In this document: positions 36,865 through 49,600 of the stretch, one piece after another
Numbering within the stretch: the first letter of the stretch is position 1
Layout of the letters: each line of letters starts with the position of its first letter
From: Balanoglossus misakiensis
Lineage: Eukaryota > Animalia > Hemichordata
Assembly (NCBI GenBank): GCA_040954595.2
Contig: CM082586.2
Location: 5,132,509 to 5,196,508 of the forward strand
Direction: 5' to 3'
DNA length: 64,000 nt
Notes under the pieces: model-generated
Database searches by the model: none
What the model was told of the DNA's origin: nothing
Seen by the model: the letters and a program-made list of their open reading frames with translations, nothing else
Translations under genes and position numbers: made by a program

Positions 36865-39800
36865 TTTTAGAATGCTGGTTTTCAGCTAACACAAAGTACA
36901 AATCACTGTGCCACCCTCGAATGTGGTCGATCATCAAAGTTCTTTTTCATCGTCTCATCTGCCATCTCAGCTAGCTCGCCCGTCTCTCGTATAATTTTAC
37001 AGCGTGACGCCAATAACGTGACTGAAGGAGTAATCTTTCCCCAGCCTACAGTCAGGTAACTTTCATTTCTATACCACAGAGTCGAGTTTTACTTCATGTG
37101 AGAAATATTGATTGGATTACCTTCTCATCTTCAGCACCCTGGAAAGTTGACAAATTGATATCCTGACTCTTAATAACTTTTGGAATTCCCAGAGGGCAAA
37201 AATTCTTGTGATTTCTACATTAATTTGCCCCTTTACAAAAGCACCGACCTCTGGGCTGCATGAAGAGGCGTAAAAATGATGTTATCTATTTCCTAACATT
37301 GAATCTCGCCCTTGTAGCTAAATTGCATTAACTTTACATCTTCCGGAATATTACAGAATGTTTTTGTGGCTAACTCAAATAACCTAGGTCTTTGGCAATT
37401 TCAAAACGAATATCAGTGGAGGACGAAACTGCTGTGAATTGAACTCGCAGATTCTCACTTTTAAAGAAAAAACCTGAGTTCGTTCAAGGTAAAACTTCCG
37501 TGTTCTGCATAATTTTTTTGGTGTGTGAAAGACACTATAGAATATGTTACTGTGTTAACGGTTTTAGGATGCTTGTCAACACACATAGCTGAGAGCGCTG
37601 CTGTACCAGTATATTAGTTTCTGTCGAAGAAAATTGTTCCTTGCAGGTATGATGAAAAAAATATTAAATTTCACGTCTCTACGAAAATGCCAGGCGGATG
37701 TTTACCTACCTACTCGTATTCCTGGACCTTTTTTTCATTATTAGAGAGGAACGTGCGACAGGCAAAAACGTTCAATATTTGCGTCCACAAAAACTCGTGA
37801 CATCACAGGCACTTTAATCAAGACAGAACACAGCAGTGGTACGCTATTTCAGAGTCGCTTAACAGTTATCGTGTTGCACACAATACGTCTCAGTATTCAT
37901 GTTACTCTGACATCACGGCTCACAACTGATTAACTCGAGAAAGGGGTGTAGATTTTTCTGTGCTTGTATCTTAAGAAAACCTTAAGAAAAAATACTAGCA
38001 GCTTAACAAATAAAATGTAGATTTGTTCAAAAGCATTGAGATATCTTAAAAGATTTTGGTTGTAGTCATCGAAATCAGATGAGAGTTTCGTGGTTAATGG
38101 TCAGTTTGTTGATTATATTCTCAAATGAGTATGACAGATACGTTTTCATACATATCGCTGCTGCATGGATATCTGTAGAAACACGAAAGAAATACTTAAT
38201 TTGCGTTCTTTCTGTCATGGATGTTGATGACAGTTGATAAAGTTGTGAGTAACTTTAAATCTCAAGTACTGGTGCTGACAGCAGTATGAACATGAGGCAA
38301 GTGTTTTAAGCAGTTGAATGAGAAGGCTCAGCATCCCCCGAGACTTCTAATGGGATGGTTGAAACCCCTCGATTTCTGGGTTTACGTGGGAACACCTACT
38401 AAACGTGGGATTCAATAATTTTCTTTGTTGGCAGTTGACTGTAGAATAGTGGATTGCAATGACATTGCACAAAAACAGCCGATGAATCAATTAATGGTGT
38501 TTTGATCTTTATACTATCAATGCACGGATATCTATAGTGGTGTTTTGAGTAGCGTTTACTGACAGCGATATCGTAATGAACTGCAGTTTTTCATGCCTGT
38601 TTACTGATTTTGTCAGTTTACTGCGGCCTTCGATCTGACGGCACTCGAATCGACCTGTTGGCGTACACCCGCCAAGACATGTCACAGAACAGACCGCAGT
38701 TGTTGACAGACTTGTCTCGCAAAGGTAGCCTGGGGGGAAGAAACGTGATATGTGTATGCAAAAGGTGTGATCCTAGACGGATGTCGTAAAGGAAACATAT
38801 CCGATAGTTATAAAGTGATTTCCTTCATTGTAATGCTGGGAATATGAGATCCATATTCTGTCACATTTCAATTGCTCGGAAATTATATATTTTTAAAAAA
38901 GAGGTAAACTGAAAGCAATAAGAAGCAAGTCCTCCCATTGCCTTGGGGGTTTCTTTATAGGATAAACATCCGCATTAGTATCTTTTCAACACAAAAAAAT
39001 TTTCTGATGTTGTGTCAATGAATAAAAACACGTCTGACATAGCCCATCTTATGTGTTTTCTAGTGCCGGTGAATTGTCGATGCAGTGGGGTGGATTAATA
39101 CCAGGAAATTGCGGATTTAAGATCATCTTTCTCCGTCTATTCACTGAAAGCAAAACATGACGTAACTGTATTGGACTTTTACTGACATGATACAACTCAC
39201 AATGCGAGGCAATCTCAAATGCGGTTGTTCGTAGAAGATATTCCTGTCTGAGACTTTCAGAATCAAATAAAGGAACTCCATTGTCGAATAACAAATACCT
39301 GATGGCGCGAAAGTGCATTGTACTCTAAGCTGTTCATTAAGACAGATAAATTTCAATTCAGGGTGGAAGGAGTCAATCCAAGGAATTCACAAAGTTTCAA
39401 CTTGTGTTGATGTGGCAGTTTTGGTCAGCTGAACATTCAGGCATTCTGACCACGGTAGCGCAAAATTCGAAATGCAATTCGATCAATTATTTACACATGC
39501 AGCCTGAGTCGTGATGTAATCAAACAGAAAATTCAGCCACTGTTTTGTTGAATATTCTGCATTTACGTTCGGAGTTCAAGAAATGGCGACGGTAGTCAAC
39601 TGAGAGTAGTAATTCATTGCCATGGGAAAGACAACTTCCTTTCCAGTGCTTCCTGTGGCGCCAACTGTTTGTTGTAACTGTTCAGCCGTCCACAGACGCG
39701 TCAAAGAAAATTTCCCTTGATTAGAACCGATGCTTTTAAGTCAACGTCGTGATATTTTACCACATACACGACATGACTCTTGCATTGTACATGAAGGAAC

Positions 39801-42800
39801 ACTTATATACGGTGTGAAAATGTTAAAGTTTGAACAAACAGCAAACCCAATTGCCAACTCCAGAGGCTGAAATCATTACAAACATACAAATGTCTGCCAG
39901 TGGGGGTAATAGAGCGCTTTCTGCGATTGCCCATTCGCGAAAAAAGGTACACCCCAGACTGGCAAAGTAACTTCATGTGATTTTATCATGATTCATTCAA
40001 TCTCTTACTCGAAAGTCAGTATTACTTGCGAGAAGGTAAGATATTGCATCACGTACACCAAGCCTTGCTTGCGGCTCTGAACAAAGGATGTATGTATACC
40101 TGCAGTCACTGACTCTCGGAACGAGTGGCGTTTGTGGGTTTCCGACCCTCTCTGGCTATGAGACCAAACGAATGCCGACAAGAAGGAAGTCGTGATCTTT
40201 TGATGCTGTTTCCACTAATTTCTTGTCGCACAATCTGCCTTTTGTCCTACTTACAGTGACATTCTGGATCCTCAGAGTCTTGTCCCACTGCATTAGTTGC
40301 AAACTCAAATAGTTCAGACAGCAAATTTAAGTGTATATATACGTATTGAAATAAGCCTCGAGGTAATTTCTCTCTGTTGGATCTCATGAGGACTGTACGT
40401 CTAAACAAATTATTGGAAAAACAAAGGTGATGGCTATATTCGTGTCTATAATGAAAGTGTTCTAGGTGCCCTGATCTTCCTTTTGCAAGGAAACTTATAA
40501 AATACAAATAGAAACTATAAAATGTGGTTCTGGGTAGTGGATACCGTTATGTAGAAAGTCAGCCTGACATCCTGATAAAACAACAACTAAACTTGCTCAG
40601 TCAAGGCAAGGCAAGGTTAGCCACGTGCAATTCACTCCAAGTTTGCATTACCTTCGAAGAGGAAGTTCGTCAGTCCACCTGCAGGCATGTTGATCAGACA
40701 AAACATGCGACTGCATGTATTATGTGGTTTGATGTTCAACTAAGCTTAAATGCTTTTTGCCTGGGAACTCGTGGTGAAGATAAGCTTAAGTGGAGAAATT
40801 ACTGCGTGCGACCTGCTAATTGTAAATCAGTGTTCAGCAAGGGGAGTTGGTCCGTAAACAAGATGAAGGACATGGCCGTGGGGGACACATGATTAGGTCA
40901 ATAACACGAAGAAAACCTAAAAGAGGGCTGAAACATGTCACGTGACCCTAAAACAGACCACGTTATATTAGGGTTGGCAATTACCATTATGGAATCTTGT
41001 CTCAGTCAACTGGCTTTTGTCAAGTTGTCATTTTTATTTGATGCACATGCGAAATTTTTCTCAAGCCCACTTCGTGCACTAGCTCTGCGACAATATTAAT
41101 CAGTCTGTTGAAAACACTTTTCCTTTAACGAGTTTTGTAATCTTCCTAATGTATGTAGAGTGGTTATAAATACCTGTACTTTCTGAAATTGTAAAACTCA
41201 TCAACACCTTTTAGGCACATTGCATATTATGTTATTATGCAAACATGTTATTTTGTATATCCTAAGTGGCATGAACCCGGATTGAGGAATTGCCTCCGCG
41301 AATACACGTCTTCCGTCACCGGGAAGGGCGGAAGGGAGATGTTATAAAAACGGTAGCTTTGATGTTGCCTTTTCATGTCAACTGATTGACGTCAGCAAGA
41401 AGACTTTCCCGGTAGAGGACACTGTTTCTCTTCAATTTGCTACAAGGCTTTCCAGGCGAATGTTACTTTATACATTCAGTTATGGAGACCAGAACAGAAA
41501 TGACAATCTTACACAAATCAGCAGTTAGTAAAAGCATATTAGAGATTTATGCATTAACGCAAGCGTATTAAAATCACTATTATTTCTTCAATTAAGATTT
41601 CATCAACATAACATAGATTATTACATAAGCGAATAAATATATATATACCAGGATTTATAAAATTAGTCCAAAATTTAGGCTGTACCTGTCAATTTGCTAA
41701 TAATGTTTTCTTGGATACTGCCTGTGACAACAGATAACTGTGAGTGTTATACAATCATTTCGCTTTAAAGTATTAATTTTAATGACACAATTTTTAAAGT
41801 AACAATTCCAATCAGGTTTCGGGATTGACTTATGTTTGTCTTTTACGAGCAATCCCTCGGGCTATATTCATTGGTGAAATTAATTTCGCATGAACGTCTC
41901 AACTCGTTGAAGCCGGGGATGTATTGTTGCAACACCTTCCAAAGTTTCTCAAAGATCCAGAAGGTGATGGTGTGCAAAAGCGAGCAGAATATTCGCAAAG
42001 AAAATTATACAATTTTATGTTGTTGTTTTAAACTGATGAAATATTACCATGGTTATATTCCTGAATTGTTGTATGGCTGTATCATTCCCGTAAATCAGAA
42101 TTGTAATAACCAGTACAACCAGTACATAAAAATTTAATGAAACGTAAAGATAACACCTGCATCACCAACAACATTTCATTAAGAACTTGTGCGTCTACTC
42201 ACATTGTTTGTGAATGTCTGCATCCCATCTCACAAGACTACCTCCCTGACGTCATACTTCGTACACTTTTTTAGAACTGCCACAACATATATATAGCATT
42301 GACAATTAAATAACGCTTGGATCATATCGGTTACATGACAGGGATGATATATAGAGTAAAGCTATGCTGTTGTCGAACCTATAATAGTAGATGTATATTA
42401 AATAATAAGGAATACCGACAACATTTGAAATAGGCTTGTAACTAAATTAGTTCATAAAACGTCAATATACACTTTTGTCAATTATTCAGTTTATGGGAGA
42501 AATGTTAAGTGATTTTTTTATCTTGCAACCAATAGTTCAGTTCATTATTCTACATGTGATCAAAAGGATCGTGTTGATGTATTATCGATGACTTAAATGG
42601 CGATTCCATTGAAGTAAAAAAATATCACCCATAAGTTGTTCTATAACGGCATACATGGAGCACTTTAAAAGACAGAATAGTTTCAGTTGATAGCAAGAAC
42701 GGAACCATTATAGATTGAACCAAGCAGTTAGTCCCCTGTGAAATACCGAATGGAAATGCAGGTACATGGACAGTTTCTTGAATTAGCTAATCGAAGTTCC

Positions 42801-42980
42801 ATGAAGAGAATCTTTGAAGGAAAACTGTTATTTTTTCAGGAAGAGCTTAGTGCATTAACAAATACACACCTGAACGTCCTTACATGAAATCATGCTAGTT
42901 GTGTTTCCTTTCCGTGTACTAAAACTGGTCAAAACACCGTGCGGCAATATGTTTGCACTGTCGCGGCTGAATAGACTTAC

Positions 42981-43120
42981 CTGGTGAGCAATGAGGTCTG
43001 ACCAAGCGACAATGCCCCGCGTGATAAATAGGCGCAGTGTATGTCTGCGCGTCCGAACGCACTGCCTGAGTTAATATACCGGATGTCACCATGGCAACAG
43101 ACAAAACCTCCACTGATTGG
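42981..43120 (-). promoter_or_regulatory. Candidate promoter plus non-coding first exon (CCAAT - X-box - TATA - exon - GTAAGT)
   Basis: Minus strand: AACCAATCAG (CCAAT 43120-43116), GTTGCCATGGTGAC (43098-43085), TATATTAA (43078-43071), a CpG-rich short exon, then CAG|GTAAGT at 42980. Confidence 0.45.
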
Positions 43121-43124
43121 TTGC

Positions 43125-43630
43125 TTCTGTATTTTAGTACAATATGAAGATTTCCCCTTTCCATCAGAGTTTTTGTCCATGCTCAGTTTTTTGGAATAAT
43201 TCGAGACAACAAGTGCATTGTTAAGAAGTGGAGTTGGCTACTCTCTGTAACCATCCGTCACTGTTAAATCTTTCATGTACATAGTCATTTGCAAACCATT
43301 AAATCAATTACCCTAATTAATTAATAATATTCATCTATGCTTTGGTCGCACTGACGCAATCTCGTATAGTTTTAATGACACAGAGGATCTGATCAATCTT
43401 AGTGATGTGTAGTGATGGTTAACTTGAAAAGGCACAGTAACTAATAGAATGTGCCCTGATAAGACAAGTTAAAGAGGGATTGTGACTATACAACACTAAC
43501 AAAGTGCGTCCAAGAACAGAGCCCATGGGACACCAAAGTGAACGGGGATGATGGTTTTCACTTAAAAGTCATTTATAGAAACAAGTTGTGATCCTTCAGA
43601 TAGATAAAATGTGAACCAGAATAGTGTGTG
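43125..43630 (-). mobile_element. Degraded L2/CR1-clade LINE reverse-transcriptase fragment
   Basis: Minus-strand translation with stops and frameshifts gives LFWFTFYLSEGSQLVSIND..IPVHFGVP/GSVLGRTLLVLY...DCVSATKA*MN...LSMDK..KSSY. This follows the order of the L2/CR1 RT motifs WFxSYLSxRxQxVxI..GVPQGSVLGPxLF..DCxxxIKxWM..LSMxxH. Confidence 0.7.
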
Positions 43631-46600
43631 TTTAGTGATTCCAACCATTGGAGTGATGTCTTATGTAAAAGCTAGGCTGGAGAAACTTCCAACATGGTCA
43701 GGATGCTAATTTCTCCCTTACCCAGTATACCGGTAGTCAAGCCAAGCGGTTATGACAATTCTGACGAGGATAGTTTTAAGTGCTACATGTATGGTGTGGT
43801 TTGTATAGGCAGACTGAAGTATCCTCGATCATTACTTGGCCTGAACGTTATTTTTCCCTGTATGCCACATTTCTTCTGAACTCTTACGTGAATTAGTCTG
43901 GTGTTATTTATAGATCGATGACACATTCATTGTTGGGATTTGCAGCTATTCAGTGGTTGCTTTCCTTAGCTATAGCGTGCAGGTGTCACCATCTTGCGAG
44001 AAAGCCACATTAGCTATTTCTGTTGGTTATCCCCCAAGTTTATGTTACCCGTTACAAACGATTACGTTTAATCTTCAGTAATGGCGGAAAGGCTCCAGCT
44101 GGCTTTGGGCTGTTTCAAGTGCACCTGACCTTATCCTGAAGGCCTCGAGAACAAAAAAACCTTCCCATCTAGTATTAACGTTTTCTTGAGTTTATCTATT
44201 GACCACATTCATCCTTACCGTATGTACTTTAGTTGGAAAATCTCAAGTTGCCCTTTGTCCAGACTAGCTAGAAACGTCTTAACGACACTCCGCTATCAAC
44301 GACCCTGAGCTGCTCACGTGCGCGGCATCCTGACAGAAACTAATAGCTTGTCTTAACAGTTGAGAGCCATTTTAGTAGAAGTAATCTGATTACTTTGTAA
44401 ATCTGTGCAGATTATCACGGTTTTCCGTAATTATCACGGCTATAGATCCTGGGAGATTTTACGCCACGTCAGGCAAACGACATTTCATCCCAGCACGGTC
44501 ACTACCGCCCTGCGCTTGCATATTGTAAAGTACATGGTTCATTGTTTAGTGCACACACTATATTGTTGCTATGGCAGCCCGAACAGTCAATGAAAGTGAC
44601 ACGAAATTAATCAGTTTAAGATATAGGTAAATTGTTACCGCGGGGACGAAATTTGTGTTGCCGATAAAAAGTGATATGGCACTTTTGAATAAAACTAAAA
44701 AGAGGTATCCTTTAAAATGTTATCACGCCATGCAGGCAAATCGTGCTAGGAAGGCATTCATGTGATTTCAACAAGTAGAAGATTCGTTCAGCAATCATAA
44801 ATGAATGAACAAATTTGACAATTTAATCAAGATACTTTTAATGAAAACAGCAAGGAACCTTAATTTTAGAAAAAACAACAGAAATATTAACAGAATGCAG
44901 AGATACTAATTTGTCTTGAAACCATTGGGTGAATTTACTCTGTAATATTGTCAGCGGTAGAGCACTGGTATAGTTGTATATATCTGTTTCTATTTAATAC
45001 TTTGTGATAACCATGATCAAATGCGATCTGTAAAGAAGCTGGAAAGCTGGAGACACAAAAGAGCTTTCTATCTTATTCTTATCTCAGTTTCTAAACCGAT
45101 CTTTATTGATGACTACGCCACCGAAAAAATAATTTGATGGGTGTTAGCTTCGGTCACCTCATCGCGAGATTGCCTCCCTGACTAATAGATTAGAGAAAAT
45201 GCGACAATAGCGCCGTTATTTGCGGTATGATGCATCTTGAATATGCATAGACTCATACCCGATCGAAAGGTGTTTTAGGTGATCTGTTGGTATTAATGGA
45301 AATCGCTACACTCACAATGGGAGAAGCGTTCATGATGGAACCTACCCGAACCCTTGATTCCATCCGACAAGCTGTGTACACCGAGAACGCTGAAAGTTTG
45401 ACCTGCGACGGGGAAGTGAAAAGCTGATCGCTCGTGTCTTGGGAAGCTCTGTGTTTTGCCGGTTTTCGCAGCTGAACGAGTGAATGTTCTCCATTAAGTA
45501 TAGTCCACTCATGCTGTTCGAAGAGTGACAAAGGCCCCTCGTCTATCCTTTCCCGCTAATTGATTAATTCAGAGTCCCGCTTTTATCATCTTTTAGGGAA
45601 ACAACTGAGTACGCTCTTGTGACTAGTTAACTCAGACTTTCTGCTGAACCAGGTGCTGGATAATTGCATCTTGTTGTGCAAGTGCTGGTGGTTTTCTCAT
45701 TGGGGACAGAGAAGTAGTGGTGATTGCGTCCCGAGAATGTCCAGAAGTAGTGTTTGCTCTGAAGCCTGCGTCATTGACTTACTACAGGCCACTTTTGTCG
45801 GCAATGGTATGCAAATTAGTTGCTGCAGTCGGTAGCTGCAACTTTAATCCATTTTCGGAATTTCAATTCTCTGTTTCAAATATAGTTTCTTATTTGTGAT
45901 TAATATTGACAACTTCCAGCTTGCTACTGCAGCGCAACCTGCTTTTTAGTAAGAAAAGTTGACAGTTATATGAACAATGCCTTTTACACATGTGCACATT
46001 GCATAGGCAAGGTGATAAGCAATGAGGAATAGAACATAAAACTACACCTGAAAGAAACGGGGAGAAACTGTTTTAATGATGCACGTGGATTCGATAAAAC
46101 TAATTTACTTCAGGCAGCACATGTACACTGTCACCATCAGACACTATTACTTGTTTTGGACTAGTGGGGTATATCTCCAACGAGCTGTATGGAATAAACA
46201 CTTGGCGCATGTCAGTGCATATTTATGTCTTTCCCTCCAGAATAAAGTTATCTGTATTCCGACTGCGAAGCTTAGATTGGATGGGCAAAATGTAGAGTTA
46301 GGAAACGCTAATGGCTTTGCAATTTAACTGACTGTAGCGGGAGGATTTCTGTGTGTAGGGAGCACGGTCAGAGTGTCATCTTTTACGAGTTTTACATTAG
46401 TGTACAAGCAATTATTGCTTCCAGAACCGTGTGTGCGTAATTCTTTTCAAGGGTTGCTTGTGCGTTGATCACTCAATCTGCATCGTCGTCACCCGGGTAA
46501 ACAGCACCCGGGAATGAGTCTTGGAAAGTTCGACGAGTCGGCAAGTGGAACTTGGAGAGGGAAGCCAGATTGGCTGTACCTAGGGATAGGCTCTCGACAC

Positions 46601-49600
46601 CTCGACAGGAAAGTGCAACAAGCTTTTAGATACGTTGTTCATTAAGGTCCCATAACAACTTTAGGGCAATGCATTACTAGTGGCAACATTGATGTCGTTA
46701 TTTCTTTAACTCGCATCTTGCAGCGTACGTTTATAACTGAAGATACTTTTGAAGATGCCCTAGTTTGAGATCCACTCTGCCTTTTTAAGTGCACCAATGT
46801 CTTTTGCCATTTTTGAGATACATGTATTGATGACAGACAGACAGATACTGGTGCAACAGGAGTCCCAGTGTAATGTCCGGAAGGTTTAAAACAAACAGGG
46901 TACACATGACGAAACAGAGTGGCAGCGGAAAAAAGTAGTTCCCGGCCTCCATCCATTCTTGAATCTATTTGGGTATTCTGTGACTAAGAATTAGAGAAAA
47001 CGTATATTCCATAATCACGAGCATGTATTTGTCAGGTGTGACCTAATCATCGTCAACACGCTCCTACCTTCATGTGTTGACGACTGTGGTGAACGAAAGT
47101 TATGGGAATGGTGAAAATGTTGGCGAATTGGGCGCCTCCTGCTGATGAAGGTGTGTTTGAAAATGTCAAGATGGACACGTCAGCACATCCTTCAATAAAT
47201 ATTCTCATGGGATTTAAAACATGACATGATGAAAATGTCTGTGTAATGTGCTAATGAACCGAAGATTATCTTTATAAGCCCATCAAGTTTGGATAAGATT
47301 GATAGTTCTCCAGCGAGTTCTTGTTTCTCAGTTTAATTCAAACGTAAATAGTTTTCATTTTGAATTGCAACACCCCATATGAGGTAGGTGTTTCATTTCA
47401 ACTATTCAATCATGAACAGCGATGTGGAAAAACTCTACATTAGCTTCAAATAATGTAAAAGACCAATTTGTTTGTAGTCACCTTAAAATCTGTTTCCACA
47501 GAGGTATTGCTTAATATGACCTGTATATTTTTTAGTTGTCGTTATCAGCGGATTTTCTTTCCCTGGCAACATGACGTCACATAGATGGATCGCCCAAAGT
47601 CATTCATTGGGCGTTTCGGTGTGACTATCACTGCGAAAACTGTTTATACCTATTTTCAAGTGACAAATGCCATCTATTTTACACTAAAACTTGCAATCTC
47701 GATAGCTTTTTATAGCTACTTCAACACACACACAATTGCAGCACTGTTGTGATGGAGAGTCACACAGCTGCGTTTGTTTGAACTTGACATTGACTGCTAT
47801 TGACAGCGAGTTTATGAAGGCTGTGTTTGGGCACGACATCCCGCTGTAAACAATTTCACACTTGCCATTCTGCGGGATAACCTCATTTGACAGGAATACT
47901 AAGCTCCCCGCCTAGGCGAGCGGTTAGTTGACGACCTTGTCAGGGTTGCCTTTCACGCTCGACTAAAGAACAGCTTTACCACAGAAGGCATTTCATGTTC
48001 AAGGCGAGATTTAAGAGGGAATGCCAAGTCCAAGGCAAACAGTGTTAACTTCGATGCTGTGACTTCCATTAAAATGTAATTTTGTTAGGTTTCAGCGTGT
48101 TAGGGATGGCAAATGCACAGTGTGCCAATCAACCCCCAGGAAATAAAGGTGCCACATCGCATGAATGCAAAGAAACAAGAAACGCGTACAGAGGCAATTA
48201 TAGCACAAAGCAGTTTTTATCACTCTTACACATACAGTACCTATATTAAATTTCAGGTTGTGCGATAGGATTGTGACAGCATATTTTGATTTGCAAATTT
48301 CTTGGCTAAATCTATTTTTTGTACTCTAGAGACCTGATTAATACTACTAGTACAAATATTTTAGATATGAAAAATACAAGGTATCTAAAAACTGAAACAC
48401 AAAAAACATTATTATATTGTGCGACCTACCCGAGATGTTTGCAAATCAACATAAAGGGATTTCACTATTCCTGAAGAGTCTTACTCATGAACGTCACACC
48501 AACAGAGTCAACAAGAGCGATAAAAACATGATTGTTTAGCGTGTTTTTTACGCACACTTGCCAATTTTGTTACGAACGATGTGTCCTGGCATTGTTATGG
48601 CCATGATATCCCATGGGAACTTCTGTTTTTACTAGAACGAATGCAAGTATCACGTAAATCGTTGAAGATTTACGCTGCACCTGTCGATAGAACGTTTCCC
48701 CGGGAATGGTTCGTTTGTGTTTAGTGATTACCTGTCAGTACCGATATCTGTTTCACATACACCTTATAAGAACCAGAGTTTACCGTATCGACCGTGTCAG
48801 GGGTCACGTGTTTTCCAACTGCCAACTGCGCGCAATAACAATCGATGGAAGGATGATGTCCATCATTGAAAAGTGTTAGGGTGATAGTGTGTTTGCCTGA
48901 CAACTTAACCGCAAAGCGATTAGCAGTACACACTCAAGTAAATCTCCCCTGCCTTTCTATCGATATCTTTTCCCTGAAATTCTGCAGCTCAGGCAAAACC
49001 TTCTTAATCGTATCAGCATACGTATTCCCATTTACAATTGAGAAGGTTTTAGTAGACCAAAGCACTTTCACCAACCTCAACTCATCACGCGGAATTAAAG
49101 AAATATATCGCACATGGTACCACGGAAACACGACAACATATCTTTGTTTAATTTGTACAGAGAACGGAGATCCATATATACACCAAGGCCATAGAGTCTT
49201 AATAACCAAGAAGCTATAGAAACCTTATGTAAAATACATCATCAAGGATAGCTGCGCAGAAATTATTCTTAGGTAGAATAAAAATGGGAAAATTTAGATA
49301 ACACATGCTTAATAATCCATATACATAAACTTTAAGTGCAAACGTCGGCATGCTATAAAGAACACAGATTGCTGCTACAGTAACCTTAGTCTGGAAGACA
49401 TTTGCAAGGATCAGTTTTTAATTTTCATTCGCCTTCTGTTTAATTGCTTTTTATGCTCAATCTCGCAGAATGATACGTAACATGCAATTCGCTTGATTAA
49501 ACGTATACCGTCACCTGTTAAGTATCTTGAAGCAAAGCCCATAATAAGTGTAATAACTTTGACTAGCCGCACACTGTTTGGGAATAGGGTTTTTTGCAAT

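Noticed and set aside
36569-36974. ORFs encoding (MYVC)n / (HTYI)n
   Set aside because: Translation of the (TATG)n microsatellite.
42977-43180. 67-aa ORF ending at a splice donor as a coding first exon
   Set aside because: Its start overlaps decayed LINE sequence and the rest spans promoter-like motifs, with no protein-like signal.
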